This document shows, one piece after another, positions 1-10,403 of a DNA stretch of 64,000 bases (position 1 is its first letter; each line of letters begins with the position of its first letter). A program made the position numbers and the translations under genes. The stretch is from a virus, in IMG/VR virus record IMGVR_UViG_3300031857_000057, positions 39,519-103,518 of that record. One strand, 5' to 3'. The notes below the pieces were generated by a model. The model saw only the letters and a program-made list of their open reading frames with translations. It made no database searches and was not told the DNA's origin.

Positions 1-57
1 GATGAGGATATTCTTGTAAAATGGATTGCTATCGGTCCAAGATAACGGAACAGGACA

Positions 58-2394
58 ATGGCAAAAGCAAAATATAACTCTCCATTTACTGTTGGTAAAA
101 GACAGACGTTATATCTTGATGCAGATGATCCAAGAGTAGAGGGATTTGAAGCAGGCATATCAGCTTCAAGGGCAGGTGCAGAAATTGTTATTGTTAATCC
201 AGGTAATGCTGGATTATTAGTTGGATCTGCAGCATCTGCTAGTCCTAAAAGATATCCATCCTCTGCATCTAACCCAAAAGCATCAGAAGGAAAAACTCCA
301 ACAGATATAAGTAATTTATCTGCTGAATGGCAAACAATATCTGGAGAGCCAGCATTAGTTTTTTCATTTGATATAGATTTAACAAGTCCAGACAATGATG
401 ATGTTGATGCTTTTATATATACTCTAAATACTGGATCTGGAATAACTCCTCCAATATCTTTTACAAAATTAAATAAAACTTCTGACGCACAAGAACTTAT
501 ATTTTATTATTCAGACAATATAAAGTTTTTTGGTATTTTTCAAACAACATTTACTGAATTTAAAGTAAGATCTCGTGATAAAAGTGGTAATGTTGGGCCA
601 GAAGCAACGCTAACCGTTATTCCATCATATGAAAATGATTTGCCAGCACCAAGCATTACTGTTACATCAATAGCGCAAGGATATTCTGTAGATTGGAATC
701 CAATTGTAGAGTTATATAATTATATATCAGTAGAAGAGGTTATATCTAATGCATCAACTGATCCAGCAGCTGGATATGAGCAGGCATATTTAAATAGTAT
801 AAAACCAGCAGTAATCACAACTCCAACACTAGAGGCAAGATGGGTTAGAGCAAGATTTACAGATAAAGCTGGTACATATGGACCATATTCAACAGCATAC
901 AAAGTAACACCTACTAATCCAGTTAGTGCAGACAACATTCCACCAGATGCTCCAGCTTCAGGATCAGTAACCGCTGGTATTGATAATTCCACTGGCGCTA
1001 CTATTGGATTTAATGCCTACGTTGACATATCCTGGTCAGCGGTATCCGATGCCACCTTAAAAGGATATAGGATTAGATTTAGAGAAGACGGAACTAGTAA
1101 TCCATATTCGTATGTAGATTCACCAGGAACTGGAACATCTTTTAGATTAAACGGCTTATCTATAGGAACAACATATCAAATAGGAATTGCTTCATATGAT
1201 GAATTTAATAATACATCTTCTGCCTACACCTCTATAGGAACAGCAATAGCAAATGGAACTCCTTTCATAGGAAAAAATGTAACAACTGTCGGCTATTTTG
1301 GAGCCTCAGCTACTGGAGATACTGGAACATTTAAGTTTGGATACGGAGTACAGGACAGCGGTGGAACAAAACGAGGACTAGTATTTAATTCAAATAACTA
1401 CTGGTACATAGATTCAGCACAATCAGCATTATTTAAACTAGGCGGAGATACAAATAACTATATACAATGGGATGGAACAACATTTATTATTCAAGGTGAC
1501 CTTAGAGCACAAAAGGGTCAATTTGATGGCAATGTTGAAATAAAGTCTGGTGGATCATTATACTCTGGAAATGTTATTGCTGGAAGTTTATCTGGTGCTG
1601 GATTTATTTTAAATACTAGTGGTTTAACTTTTAATTCTTCTTCTGTAAATGGCATAACAACTATTAATGGGTCAACAGGTCTTTTGACTACAAAATCTGC
1701 CAATATTGGTGGATGGGATGTAACTGCTAATACAATAACAAATACAAGCGGTAGTGGTGTGGTTACTCTTGATTCTACAAATGCACAAATAAGATTAACA
1801 AGCGTTAACTATACAGCAGGTATAGCAACACCCAATACAAATTCTACATCTGATATTGTATTTTGGGCAGGTGGAGCAAGAAGTACCGCAGCAGCATTTT
1901 ATGTTACCGCAAACGGTATATTAAATGCAAATGGAGCCATATTGCAAGGTAGATTAACTACTGGGGCATCTCAGGGTGGGGCAGAGATGAAGTTTGGAAC
2001 CAGTGTTGGTGCTAATGGCGAAGATGGATTATATATAAACTCTGCAAATTATTGGTATTCAAATGCAGAGTTTAGCATTGGTGGAGGTATTTTAAACGGC
2101 ACTCATGATTCCGTAATAATAGACTTGTTCAATGGTAACGCTAGTTTCTATATGGTACAAATGCCAACATCGGATGATGACAGTTGGGCAGGAGATCCAA
2201 CTATTACAAAAAGAACATCAGATGATAAACTTGTTCAGGGCAGAAGGTTTATTTATCTTTCCACGATTACTGGAAGCACAACACCAACAAATCCTACGGG
2301 ATGGAACAATACAACAAAAACAGGAACAATTACAGATAGCAATGGTACATCACGCAGCGTCAAGGCTGGTGATATACTAATGATTCAGGAATAA
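58..2394 (+). CDS. Minor tail protein with fibronectin type III-like domains
   Basis: 778 aa, Gly/Ser/Thr-rich beta protein; FN3-like segment (VDISWSAVSD...GYRIRF...LNGLSIGTTYQIGIASYD); C-terminal tail-type repeats (IGGWDV). Confidence 0.75.
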   Translation: MAKAKYNSPFTVGKRQTLYLDADDPRVEGFEAGISASRAGAEIVIVNPGNAGLLVGSAASASPKRYPSSASNPKASEGKTPTDISNLSAEWQTISGEPALVFSFDIDLTSPDNDDVDAFIYTLNTGSGITPPISFTKLNKTSDAQELIFYYSDNIKFFGIFQTTFTEFKVRSRDKSGNVGPEATLTVIPSYENDLPAPSITVTSIAQGYSVDWNPIVELYNYISVEEVISNASTDPAAGYEQAYLNSIKPAVITTPTLEARWVRARFTDKAGTYGPYSTAYKVTPTNPVSADNIPPDAPASGSVTAGIDNSTGATIGFNAYVDISWSAVSDATLKGYRIRFREDGTSNPYSYVDSPGTGTSFRLNGLSIGTTYQIGIASYDEFNNTSSAYTSIGTAIANGTPFIGKNVTTVGYFGASATGDTGTFKFGYGVQDSGGTKRGLVFNSNNYWYIDSAQSALFKLGGDTNNYIQWDGTTFIIQGDLRAQKGQFDGNVEIKSGGSLYSGNVIAGSLSGAGFILNTSGLTFNSSSVNGITTINGSTGLLTTKSANIGGWDVTANTITNTSGSGVVTLDSTNAQIRLTSVNYTAGIATPNTNSTSDIVFWAGGARSTAAAFYVTANGILNANGAILQGRLTTGASQGGAEMKFGTSVGANGEDGLYINSANYWYSNAEFSIGGGILNGTHDSVIIDLFNGNASFYMVQMPTSDDDSWAGDPTITKRTSDDKLVQGRRFIYLSTITGSTTPTNPTGWNNTTKTGTITDSNGTSRSVKAGDILMIQE

Positions 2395-2397
2395 ACA

Positions 2398-4878
2398 ATG
2401 CCAATTTACAGACTTAATTCTTCTGGACAGTGGAAGAAGTTCTCAAGCCTTTACCGTCTAAACAACTCTGGTGTTTGGAAAAGATTTTCTGCATGGTATA
2501 GGCTAAACTCATCTGGTATTTGGAAAAAATTATTTTCTTCAGAAGAAGGGCCGAGCATAGCTCAACAAGTTGAAATATCTCAATCAACAAATTCAACTAC
2601 TGGACTAGTTACATTAACTGGAACAAATTATCATTGGACAAATTCAACTTCACTTACTTATTATTTTCAATGGTATAACTCAGGTAGTTGGCAAACGATA
2701 GATGTTGGATCAATAACAAATCCAGCATCAGGATCTTCTAATACTAAAACCTATGTAGTTCAGTCATATGACACTAGCACAAATTCAGATAATTTATATA
2801 GATTCAGGGTTGTAGCTACAAATATTGTATTAACTAGCAGCTCTATAAGTAACACAACAACCATTAGTACTCCAAGGGATGTTATAAATGTAACCGCTTC
2901 ACAAGTCGGAACAGATCTTCAAGCTAGTGTTTCATTTACGGTTGGATCATACACTGGTAGTGTAATAATTAAAAGATATAAATATAGTGGGGGAACTTTA
3001 CAAAGTACCACTGAATTTTATAAAACAACGGCTAGCCCAACAACAATAACACTTGATGAATACGGCAAACAATATAGATTTTCTGTTACACCATATACTG
3101 GCAATATTGTTTCTGGAAATGTTACTGGGTACCCTGGTAATGAAAGTTCATTAACAACTCAGTTTACGTCTAATTTTCCACCAACTCCAATACAAACTTC
3201 TAGCCCAACATTATCAAGTACTGGAAACGTTGTAATTGGAACTACTCTTACTGCAAACAGAGGAACTTATCAAAATAATACTATATTTGATGGTAATCCA
3301 GATCTTGCAATACAAACACGAGTTTACGGGTGGGTATTTCCTGGCCCCACACTAACAAATGGAACTACAACAGCTCCGCCTACACCAGACACAACATCTG
3401 GCGGTACACAGTCATTGCTTACTACACAACTTATGGTTAATTATACGTTCTATGCAGTTGATATAGTTATAGCAGCAGATGGTGCATCTACATACTATTA
3501 TTATAGTGATTTAAATGCTCGTGCCTTCATCCCATCATTTTCAGACAACTTTAATAGACTTGCTGGAACTGGATCTCAAGGTCTTGGACAAACCAGCACT
3601 GGCAGTTGGTACTGGTCAACCAATGGCGGATTGTATGGACCACAAACACCGTCAATAAATACTAACAACTTTTCTTGGCAATTAGATACAGAAGAAATAT
3701 CTGGAAGGCAGGCCGTTGTTACTTACACCAATCCTTCTGTTGGAAATAGCGCAACTAATTATCCACTTAAAACTATAAATGTTGGAGATTCTAATGTTGC
3801 CTTAAAGGTATCTGTTTCTGATGGTGGCGGTGGGCCTGGCCTAGCTTTTTGGGTTACAAGTGCTGGCTCTTGGTGGGCAGTAGCACCAGATTATTCTAGC
3901 AGTAGCTCTACATCGTATTCATGCAATACCCCAGTAACTTCGTATTCTTGTTATACTCCAGTATCAGTAACTAGCTACACATGTAATACTCCACAAACTA
4001 TAACTACTTATGGTTGCGGCGGCAGCGCCTCCACTTCATTTTGTCCAGATGATTTTACTACAGAATATAATGCATTTACAGTAGGTAGAAGATGTAGTGG
4101 ATGCTCAAGCACAACATCATATTCGTATTCTTGCGGAACAGATCAATATGTTTCAAACGATCCTGGAACAGTTGTTGCTTGTAATTCGCCATCACATAAT
4201 GGGCAACCATGCTATAAGCTGTTTGTTGGAGAGTTTGGAATTCAGTGGATAGTAAGATATTGTAGTGTTAGTTCTACAACAAGTTATTCTTATTCAACAG
4301 TTAACTCAAGCACAACAAGTGGATGTACTGGTGGTCCAATTTCAACCGATGCATCTGGAACTGGTTGTGGAGGATGCACAGTGTCAAGTTCAACAGTTAC
4401 TACGTGTACTGGTGGTCCAATAGGAACTAATTCAAGCGGATCTGGTTGTGGTGGATGTGGAGTTTCTTCTTCAACATCTTGCAGTGGAGGCCCAATATCA
4501 ACAGATTCCAGCGGTTCTGGCTGTGGAGGATGTTCAGTTTCTTCTTCAACCACTGTAACATATACAAGTACAATTAAAATATTATCTTCAGTTGGTAGTA
4601 CTGTAACAAGTCAATACAGTCAAACAGTAGCCACTAGCAATTCTGCCTTTATTCCAATATATGGACTATCAGTTGAAACATCTAATAATACTATTACAGC
4701 AAAGGCATATTCAAATACAGCGGTTACAAATCAACTAGGATCAACTTTAACCGCTACCCCATCTAGTCCAACAAAATCCATTGCTGGTGATTCTGCTGTT
4801 GGTATAATTAATACTCCAACGGTAGCTAATAGAATAACTGGCAATAGACTTGACGATTTCGTGTATACTAATGTATAA
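2398..4878 (+). CDS. Tail fibre / receptor-binding protein with Cys-rich insert
   Basis: 826 aa, Ser/Thr-rich; N-terminal 15-aa repeat YRLNxSGxWK x3; C-terminal lectin-like domain (FSDNFNR...LDDFVY); follows the tail gene. Confidence 0.65.
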   Translation: MPIYRLNSSGQWKKFSSLYRLNNSGVWKRFSAWYRLNSSGIWKKLFSSEEGPSIAQQVEISQSTNSTTGLVTLTGTNYHWTNSTSLTYYFQWYNSGSWQTIDVGSITNPASGSSNTKTYVVQSYDTSTNSDNLYRFRVVATNIVLTSSSISNTTTISTPRDVINVTASQVGTDLQASVSFTVGSYTGSVIIKRYKYSGGTLQSTTEFYKTTASPTTITLDEYGKQYRFSVTPYTGNIVSGNVTGYPGNESSLTTQFTSNFPPTPIQTSSPTLSSTGNVVIGTTLTANRGTYQNNTIFDGNPDLAIQTRVYGWVFPGPTLTNGTTTAPPTPDTTSGGTQSLLTTQLMVNYTFYAVDIVIAADGASTYYYYSDLNARAFIPSFSDNFNRLAGTGSQGLGQTSTGSWYWSTNGGLYGPQTPSINTNNFSWQLDTEEISGRQAVVTYTNPSVGNSATNYPLKTINVGDSNVALKVSVSDGGGGPGLAFWVTSAGSWWAVAPDYSSSSSTSYSCNTPVTSYSCYTPVSVTSYTCNTPQTITTYGCGGSASTSFCPDDFTTEYNAFTVGRRCSGCSSTTSYSYSCGTDQYVSNDPGTVVACNSPSHNGQPCYKLFVGEFGIQWIVRYCSVSSTTSYSYSTVNSSTTSGCTGGPISTDASGTGCGGCTVSSSTVTTCTGGPIGTNSSGSGCGGCGVSSSTSCSGGPISTDSSGSGCGGCSVSSSTTVTYTSTIKILSSVGSTVTSQYSQTVATSNSAFIPIYGLSVETSNNTITAKAYSNTAVTNQLGSTLTATPSSPTKSIAGDSAVGIINTPTVANRITGNRLDDFVYTNV

Positions 4879-4896
4879 TAGAAAAAAGGAGAAAAC

Positions 4897-5121
4897 ATGG
4901 AAACCCCCCCAATTAAATTAGCATTCATTATAGATAATGAGGTTGCTGATATTTTACATACTGATGAAAGATTGTCTGCGATTTTTTTGAGCAATCCAGT
5001 TGTCTTAGATGTTACAGATAAGATTAATTTTAATCCAAATGCTGTTTTGCCTGGTATGATCTATAATCCTGAAACTGACGAGTATGTAATGCCAGAAATA
5101 ACAGAAGGTGAAAATGTCTAA
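4897..5121 (+). CDS. Small tail-fibre-associated hypothetical protein
   Basis: 74 aa ORF with AAGGAG RBS directly after the fibre gene. Confidence 0.5.
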   Translation: METPPIKLAFIIDNEVADILHTDERLSAIFLSNPVVLDVTDKINFNPNAVLPGMIYNPETDEYVMPEITEGENV

Positions 5122-5413
5122 AAGCCCTTGGCAGATATGGAAAGAAAAGCAGCCTGGAGATTCAGTAAGACCTTGGGATTTGATTAATCCTAATATTGGT
5201 AGGGTAGATGATGAGACCTATAGGCTTAGATTTGAAGAAGGCTGCATGAAATGTCCATCTCTGATACAATTGACTAAGACCTGCAAAAAGTGTGGTTGCT
5301 TTATGACTGAAAAGGCAAAACTTCCACATGCTTCCTGCCCGCTGGGTAAATGGGGAGCAGTACAAGATGTACCAGATATTGTAGATGACGAGGGAAACAT
5401 TATACAAAGGTGA
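5114..5413 (+). CDS. Small Cys-rich metal-binding protein
   Basis: CMKC...CKKCGC...CPLGKW motif. Confidence 0.55.
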   Translation: MSKSPWQIWKEKQPGDSVRPWDLINPNIGRVDDETYRLRFEEGCMKCPSLIQLTKTCKKCGCFMTEKAKLPHASCPLGKWGAVQDVPDIVDDEGNIIQR

Positions 5414-5416
5414 TTT

Positions 5417-5632
5417 ATGGAATTAACAAGTGATGAAAAAAGAGCCATCTTAGAAAGTCATATTAAAAATGCTTTGACAAATATTTATAATTTGCAGATC
5501 TCTTTACTTGCTGAACAAGCAAAAGAAAATCCTAACTCTGACATTGTAAATAATCTTTCAGAGCAAAAAACTAACGAAGAAGCAAAGCGAGATGTTTTGT
5601 TACAAGAGTTAGAGAATTTGCCAAATGACTGA
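5417..5632 (+). CDS. Coiled-coil hypothetical protein
   Basis: 71 aa helical ORF, in operon. Confidence 0.5.
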   Translation: MELTSDEKRAILESHIKNALTNIYNLQISLLAEQAKENPNSDIVNNLSEQKTNEEAKRDVLLQELENLPND

Positions 5633-5822
5633 AAAAAATGAATTAATTGCAATTGTATTGCAGCAGCGAATTGGTGAACTGGTTGCTAACTACGAAACTC
5701 AAATTGCAGTATTGCGGGCAGAAATAACAGAAATGATTAATAATAATAAACAAAAAGCTGCAGATAAATATTCTGAAGATTTATTATCAAAGATAGCAGA
5801 CAATAAAAATGATGTCTTGTAA
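5625..5822 (+). CDS. Coiled-coil hypothetical protein
   Basis: 65 aa, overlaps both neighbours. Confidence 0.5.
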   Translation: MTEKNELIAIVLQQRIGELVANYETQIAVLRAEITEMINNNKQKAADKYSEDLLSKIADNKNDVL

Positions 5823-6000
5823 AAGATGCAGTGGCAGAGTTTTTGTAGATAGACAATATAGTAGCGCTATTCATTTAGAAACATTTTGTATCATGTGTGG
5901 TCAAAGAAAATTTTTTCATCCACCACAAGATAGTGCGGAGGGTTTGTGGCTACTGGAAAAAGAAAGATTGTTAGCCAAGAGTACAATAACGACCCTGTAA
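5809..6000 (+). CDS. Zinc-ribbon protein
   Basis: CKRC and CIMC motifs. Confidence 0.55.
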   Translation: MMSCKRCSGRVFVDRQYSSAIHLETFCIMCGQRKFFHPPQDSAEGLWLLEKERLLAKSTITTL

Positions 6001-6488
6001 TTTCTGGGAATAAAAAGGTCTGGTTTCTTAATGGAGACCTTGTAAGACTACACCACAGTTCAAGATCCACAGGAATGGTTACTGTTTATAACATAACAAA
6101 AGATAGATTAGAAAGTTGTCTAAGATCTGATTTTAGAAAGAATAGACAAAAAGCTTATACTGTAGCAGAAACTGCAGTGCTTGTCAATAGGCATCGTAAA
6201 TACTTTCCTAGATTAATTAAATGGGGTGTTATTCCACCACCAATTGGCTCTAAGCTTAATGGAGAAAGAGGATGGCAAATAAGATCGTATTACTCTGAAT
6301 CACAAGTAAAAGAGATACGTGATATACTGGCATCTAGACACATTGGAAGACCAAGAAGAGACAATTTAATAACTAATAATCAAACGCCTACATCTCAAGA
6401 ATTGACACGCAGAATGGGCGATGGTATACTTACATATACAAAAACTCCAGACGGTAGATTCATACCAGTTTGGACAGAGAGCATATAG
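5946..6488 (+). CDS. MerR-like HTH DNA-binding protein
   Basis: YTVAETAVLVNRHRKYF...GVIPPP...YYSESQV resembles a MerR/excisionase winged HTH. Confidence 0.55.
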   Translation: MATGKRKIVSQEYNNDPVISGNKKVWFLNGDLVRLHHSSRSTGMVTVYNITKDRLESCLRSDFRKNRQKAYTVAETAVLVNRHRKYFPRLIKWGVIPPPIGSKLNGERGWQIRSYYSESQVKEIRDILASRHIGRPRRDNLITNNQTPTSQELTRRMGDGILTYTKTPDGRFIPVWTESI

Positions 6489-6504
6489 AGCCTGGGGAGG
6501 GCAA

Positions 6505-6711
6505 ATGCAAAACGAAGAAACAAAGATTAACGTAACTTTGGGTTACACACTTAATTTAGGAAACTTTCAATCACTCAGGTTAGATCTTGGTATTGTTGAT
6601 TCTAGACGTGATGGTGAGAATATAGATCAGGCATTTGAGAGAGTCTATAAGTTTGTTGAAGACAAGCTTACCTCTAAAATCAATGAAGCCAAGGTTGAGC
6701 TAGAATCCTAA
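6505..6711 (+). CDS. Hypothetical protein
   Basis: ATG at 6505 after GGGGAGG; motif TLNLGNFQSLRLD. Confidence 0.5.
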   Translation: MQNEETKINVTLGYTLNLGNFQSLRLDLGIVDSRRDGENIDQAFERVYKFVEDKLTSKINEAKVELES

Positions 6712-7019
6712 TGGCTGAACGCAAAGACCGAATGGCTTTGCTCAGTCGCTACAATAAATATTATTTGCAGAGATATGAGCAAAAGTCTAATCTCAATCTT
6801 AATGTAGAGCAGTGGGCTGCAGATGCCCTTGTTGAGTCATATGGCCTAAAAGGTTGTTATGATTTATTAGATTATTATTTTAAAATAGCTCAAGATCCTT
6901 CATGGAATTATTTTGCATATAATGCAGAAAAAATTCTATCTGGTAAACTTGAAGTTGAACAGGACAAAAAAGATAGACAGTATCGTAGAGAGCTTGCTAG
7001 GAAGTGGTTAAGTGAATAA
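6711..7019 (+). CDS. Hypothetical protein, possible helicase accessory factor
   Basis: Overlaps the dnaB start; function inferred from position only. Confidence 0.4.
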   Translation: MAERKDRMALLSRYNKYYLQRYEQKSNLNLNVEQWAADALVESYGLKGCYDLLDYYFKIAQDPSWNYFAYNAEKILSGKLEVEQDKKDRQYRRELARKWLSE

Positions 7020-8232
7020 TTCAGAAGCAAAAGTAATATCTGCAGTATTAAATGACAAACAAATGCATGTCTTGCTTCAAGCTAACCTAGATAATTTACT
7101 TAGAACTCATAACGATGTATGGAATTTTGTTAGACATTATTTTGATATTAATGGATCTGTTCCACCATCTTCACTTGTAGTTGAAAAGTTCCGTGACTTT
7201 CAGGTAATACCAGATATTGGTGCGACTAAACATCATCTTGATGAATTACAAACAGAATATTTAAATGATAGCCTTAAGGATATATTGAGAACTGCTGCTA
7301 CAGATGTTCAGGGTGGCAACGGTACACAAGCACTTGAACAACTTATTACTAAGACTTCAGAACTAAAAAAGAACACATCAGCAATTAGAGATGTTGATGT
7401 AACTGATATTGATTCCGCTGTTTCTTATTACGAAAACGTCCAAAAGATGAAAGAGTCTGGGCAAGTAGGAATCAAGACTGGCTTGCCAGGGTTTGACAAT
7501 TATCTCCCATCTGGAATTATGCCAGGTCAGCTTGGGGTGTTCTTGGCATACCCAGGAATTGGAAAATCCTGGCTTGCTCTTTACTTTGCAGTACAGGCTT
7601 GGAAGCAAGGAAGATCTCCCCTTATCATATCTCTTGAAATGAGTGAGACAGAAGTACGTAATCGTGTATATGCGATTATGGGCGAAGGTCTTTGGTCACA
7701 TCGTAAACTTAGCAATGGTGAAGTAGAAATTGATATGTTGAAAAAATGGCATGCAAGTAAACTTGATGGCAAGCCTGCTTTCCATATCATATCCAATGAT
7801 TCTGGTGGAGAAGTTACTCCATCTGTTATTCGTGGAAAGATTGATCAGTACAAACCAGACTTTGTTATTGTTGACTATCTACAGCTAATGTCTCCTAACC
7901 AAAGGTCTGAAAATGAAACGGTACGAATGAAAAACCTTTCACGAGAACTTAAGCTAATGGCTATTAGTGAAGAGGTTCCTATTATTGCTATTTCATCTGC
8001 TACGCCAGATGATGTAAAAGATCTTAGTAGTGCTCCCACACTTGGTCAAACTGCTTGGTCAAGACAGATTGCATATGATGCTGACTGGGTTATGGCACTT
8101 GGTCGTGCTACAAATAGTGATATTATTGAGTGTGTATTTAGAAAAAATAGAAATGGTTTTATGGGAGACTTTTTGGTTCAAGTAGATTTTGACAGAGGAT
8201 ATTACAAGTATAAAGACTTTGAAGAAAAATAA
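7012..8232 (+). CDS. dnaB: DnaB-like replicative helicase
   Basis: Walker A AYPGIGKS, SLEMS, VIVDYLQLM, IAYDAD, KNRNG. Confidence 0.93.
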   Translation: MNNSEAKVISAVLNDKQMHVLLQANLDNLLRTHNDVWNFVRHYFDINGSVPPSSLVVEKFRDFQVIPDIGATKHHLDELQTEYLNDSLKDILRTAATDVQGGNGTQALEQLITKTSELKKNTSAIRDVDVTDIDSAVSYYENVQKMKESGQVGIKTGLPGFDNYLPSGIMPGQLGVFLAYPGIGKSWLALYFAVQAWKQGRSPLIISLEMSETEVRNRVYAIMGEGLWSHRKLSNGEVEIDMLKKWHASKLDGKPAFHIISNDSGGEVTPSVIRGKIDQYKPDFVIVDYLQLMSPNQRSENETVRMKNLSRELKLMAISEEVPIIAISSATPDDVKDLSSAPTLGQTAWSRQIAYDADWVMALGRATNSDIIECVFRKNRNGFMGDFLVQVDFDRGYYKYKDFEEK

Positions 8233-8233
8233 T

Positions 8234-8788
8234 ATGACTATAACTCCAAGAATTGATAATGGTATTGTTACTGTTTATTCTAATGATATAGACCCAAACT
8301 ACTGGATTGATATTTTAGAAAAGGTAAGCAAAGACTCCTATCCATTTGAACATGTAGAGCGTAGACCACATCAAACTATGGAGATACCAGCCTTGTACGA
8401 TAGGCGTGATAGCTATACATCGCTTGAGGTTCGTGCAATGTTTTATAACATACTAAATCAGTCTCTTATTGATTTTATGAAAAAAAACAATATGAATAAG
8501 ATGGAGCCATTACGAAACACAATAACAGCATCAAAACTTTTACCATCTATTCCAATGAACGCTCATCAAGATATTACAGATTCACGAATAGACAGTTTTA
8601 TTGCTCAACTATATATTAATGATGATTATGAAGGTGGCGAACTATTTTTTCCAGAGCACGGATACGCCTATAAACCAAAAGCTGGCGATATGGCATATTA
8701 TAAAATGAACAACATGCACGGTGTACTTGAAACAAAATCTGGATTAAGGTATACTATAGGATATAGTTTATTGGGGCCGTACTATTAA
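8234..8788 (+). CDS. 2OG-Fe(II) oxygenase (prolyl-hydroxylase-like)
   Basis: HQD...LYINDDYEGGELFF...HGV...RY. Confidence 0.85.
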   Translation: MTITPRIDNGIVTVYSNDIDPNYWIDILEKVSKDSYPFEHVERRPHQTMEIPALYDRRDSYTSLEVRAMFYNILNQSLIDFMKKNNMNKMEPLRNTITASKLLPSIPMNAHQDITDSRIDSFIAQLYINDDYEGGELFFPEHGYAYKPKAGDMAYYKMNNMHGVLETKSGLRYTIGYSLLGPYY

Positions 8789-8789
8789 A

Positions 8790-9719
8790 ATGAGTAAGAT
8801 TAAAGATTCATACACAGAAGATCAGGTCAAGCGTGTTTTGGCTGGCATTGGAATTGATGTTGAATCTGAAGTAGGACTAGAATACATTGTATTTTGTCCA
8901 TTTCATAATAACTCTAGAACTGCTGCAGCAGAAATAAATAAATACAATGGCATGCTGTTTTGTTTTTCATGTCAAAAAGTTGCAGATTTACTAGAGACTG
9001 TTATGCAGGTTAGTGGTAGAACATATTTTGAGGCATTAAGATATATTAAAAGTAAAGAGAAAGAATCAGATATATCTTTAACAATAAATAAAGCATTATA
9101 TACAAAGCCAGATTTTGTTCAATTTGATGAATTGCTTATTAAAAGACTTAATATGCAAGCGCTTGAATCACCAAGGGCCGTAAGATATTTTGAGGGTAGA
9201 AAGATAACGAAAGAATCTATTTCTAGATTTAGTTTAGGCTATTCTGAAAAACAAGACTATGTTACAGTTCCAGTTCACTCACCTGATGGTATGTGTATAG
9301 GTTTTGTTGGCAGATCTGTAGAAGGAAAAGATTTTAAGAATACCCCAGGACTTCCAAAGAGTAAGGTATTATTTAATTTACACAGAATTAAAAATTCTGA
9401 AACAGTATATCTAGTGGAGTCTTCTTTTGATGCCATTAGATTAGATCAGGTAGGTTTCCCAGCAGTCGCAACGCTCGGGGCTAATGTTTCTGTATCTCAA
9501 ACTGAGTTGCTTAAAAAATATTTTAACAACATAGTTTTGATTGCAGATAACGATGATGCAGGAAAAACAATGTCAGAAAAGCTTGTTGATAAACTTGGAT
9601 CACAAATAACAATAATAAATATAGATAAAAAATATAAAGATATTGGCGACATGGATGATGAATCAATTAGAAAACTTGAGTACAAGTTTGACAATTCAAT
9701 TATCGCTATGCTACAATAG
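8790..9719 (+). CDS. dnaG: DNA primase (CHC2 zinc finger + TOPRIM)
   Basis: CPFH...CFSC; LVESSFDA; ADNDDAG. Confidence 0.9.
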   Translation: MSKIKDSYTEDQVKRVLAGIGIDVESEVGLEYIVFCPFHNNSRTAAAEINKYNGMLFCFSCQKVADLLETVMQVSGRTYFEALRYIKSKEKESDISLTINKALYTKPDFVQFDELLIKRLNMQALESPRAVRYFEGRKITKESISRFSLGYSEKQDYVTVPVHSPDGMCIGFVGRSVEGKDFKNTPGLPKSKVLFNLHRIKNSETVYLVESSFDAIRLDQVGFPAVATLGANVSVSQTELLKKYFNNIVLIADNDDAGKTMSEKLVDKLGSQITIINIDKKYKDIGDMDDESIRKLEYKFDNSIIAMLQ

Positions 9720-9746
9720 AAAAAACACAAGGAGAAACAAAACAAA

Positions 9747-10400
9747 ATGGCAATCGTAAAAGGATTAAAAAACATAAACGCATTAGTAGATAAGCCTAAG
9801 TCAGAAGGTTCTGGACTTAAGGTTCGTTGGGTTAAATTGGCAGATGGTCAGTCTGCAAAGATTAGATTTGTTAATGAACTAGATTCTGACTCTGCACACT
9901 TTACAGAGGATCGTGGTCTAGCCGTTGTGGTATCAGAGCATACCAATCCAAAGGATTATAAGCGTAAGGCAGCCTGCACCCAGGACTCTGAGGGGCGTTG
10001 CTTCGGCTGTGAGATGGCCCGTAAAGAGCCTAAGAGCGGCTGGAGAGCCCGTCTACGCTTCTATACCAATGTTCTTGTTGATGATGGTCTAGAAGACCCC
10101 TATGTGGCTGTATGGTCGCAGGGTATTAGTAAGCAATCTGCTTTTAATACAATCCGTGAGTACGCACTAGAGACTGGCAGCGTATCAAATGTGCAGTGGA
10201 AGCTAAAAAGAAATGGTCAGGGAACTGAAACAAATTACACCTTGATCCCAGCAGCTCCAGATGCAGAGCCTTTCAAGTGGGATGGCGTTGAGCCATTTAA
10301 CCTTGAGAAGGTTGTTCGTGAGGTCCCCTATCCAGAGCAAGAAGCATTTTACTTTGGATTTGATACACCTTCTGTTACTTCAACAAACGTTGACTGGTAA
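9747..10400 (+). CDS. Single-stranded DNA-binding protein (gp32-like)
   Basis: Zn ligands H/C/CxxC; KRNGQGTETNY; lies between primase and polymerase. Confidence 0.7.
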   Translation: MAIVKGLKNINALVDKPKSEGSGLKVRWVKLADGQSAKIRFVNELDSDSAHFTEDRGLAVVVSEHTNPKDYKRKAACTQDSEGRCFGCEMARKEPKSGWRARLRFYTNVLVDDGLEDPYVAVWSQGISKQSAFNTIREYALETGSVSNVQWKLKRNGQGTETNYTLIPAAPDAEPFKWDGVEPFNLEKVVREVPYPEQEAFYFGFDTPSVTSTNVDW

Positions 10401-10403
10401 TAT

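Noticed and set aside
4324-4548. Tail-fibre repeats as a diversity-generating retroelement VR/TR pair
   Set aside because: They are in-frame tandem protein repeats, differences are not adenine-specific, and there is no reverse transcriptase in the window
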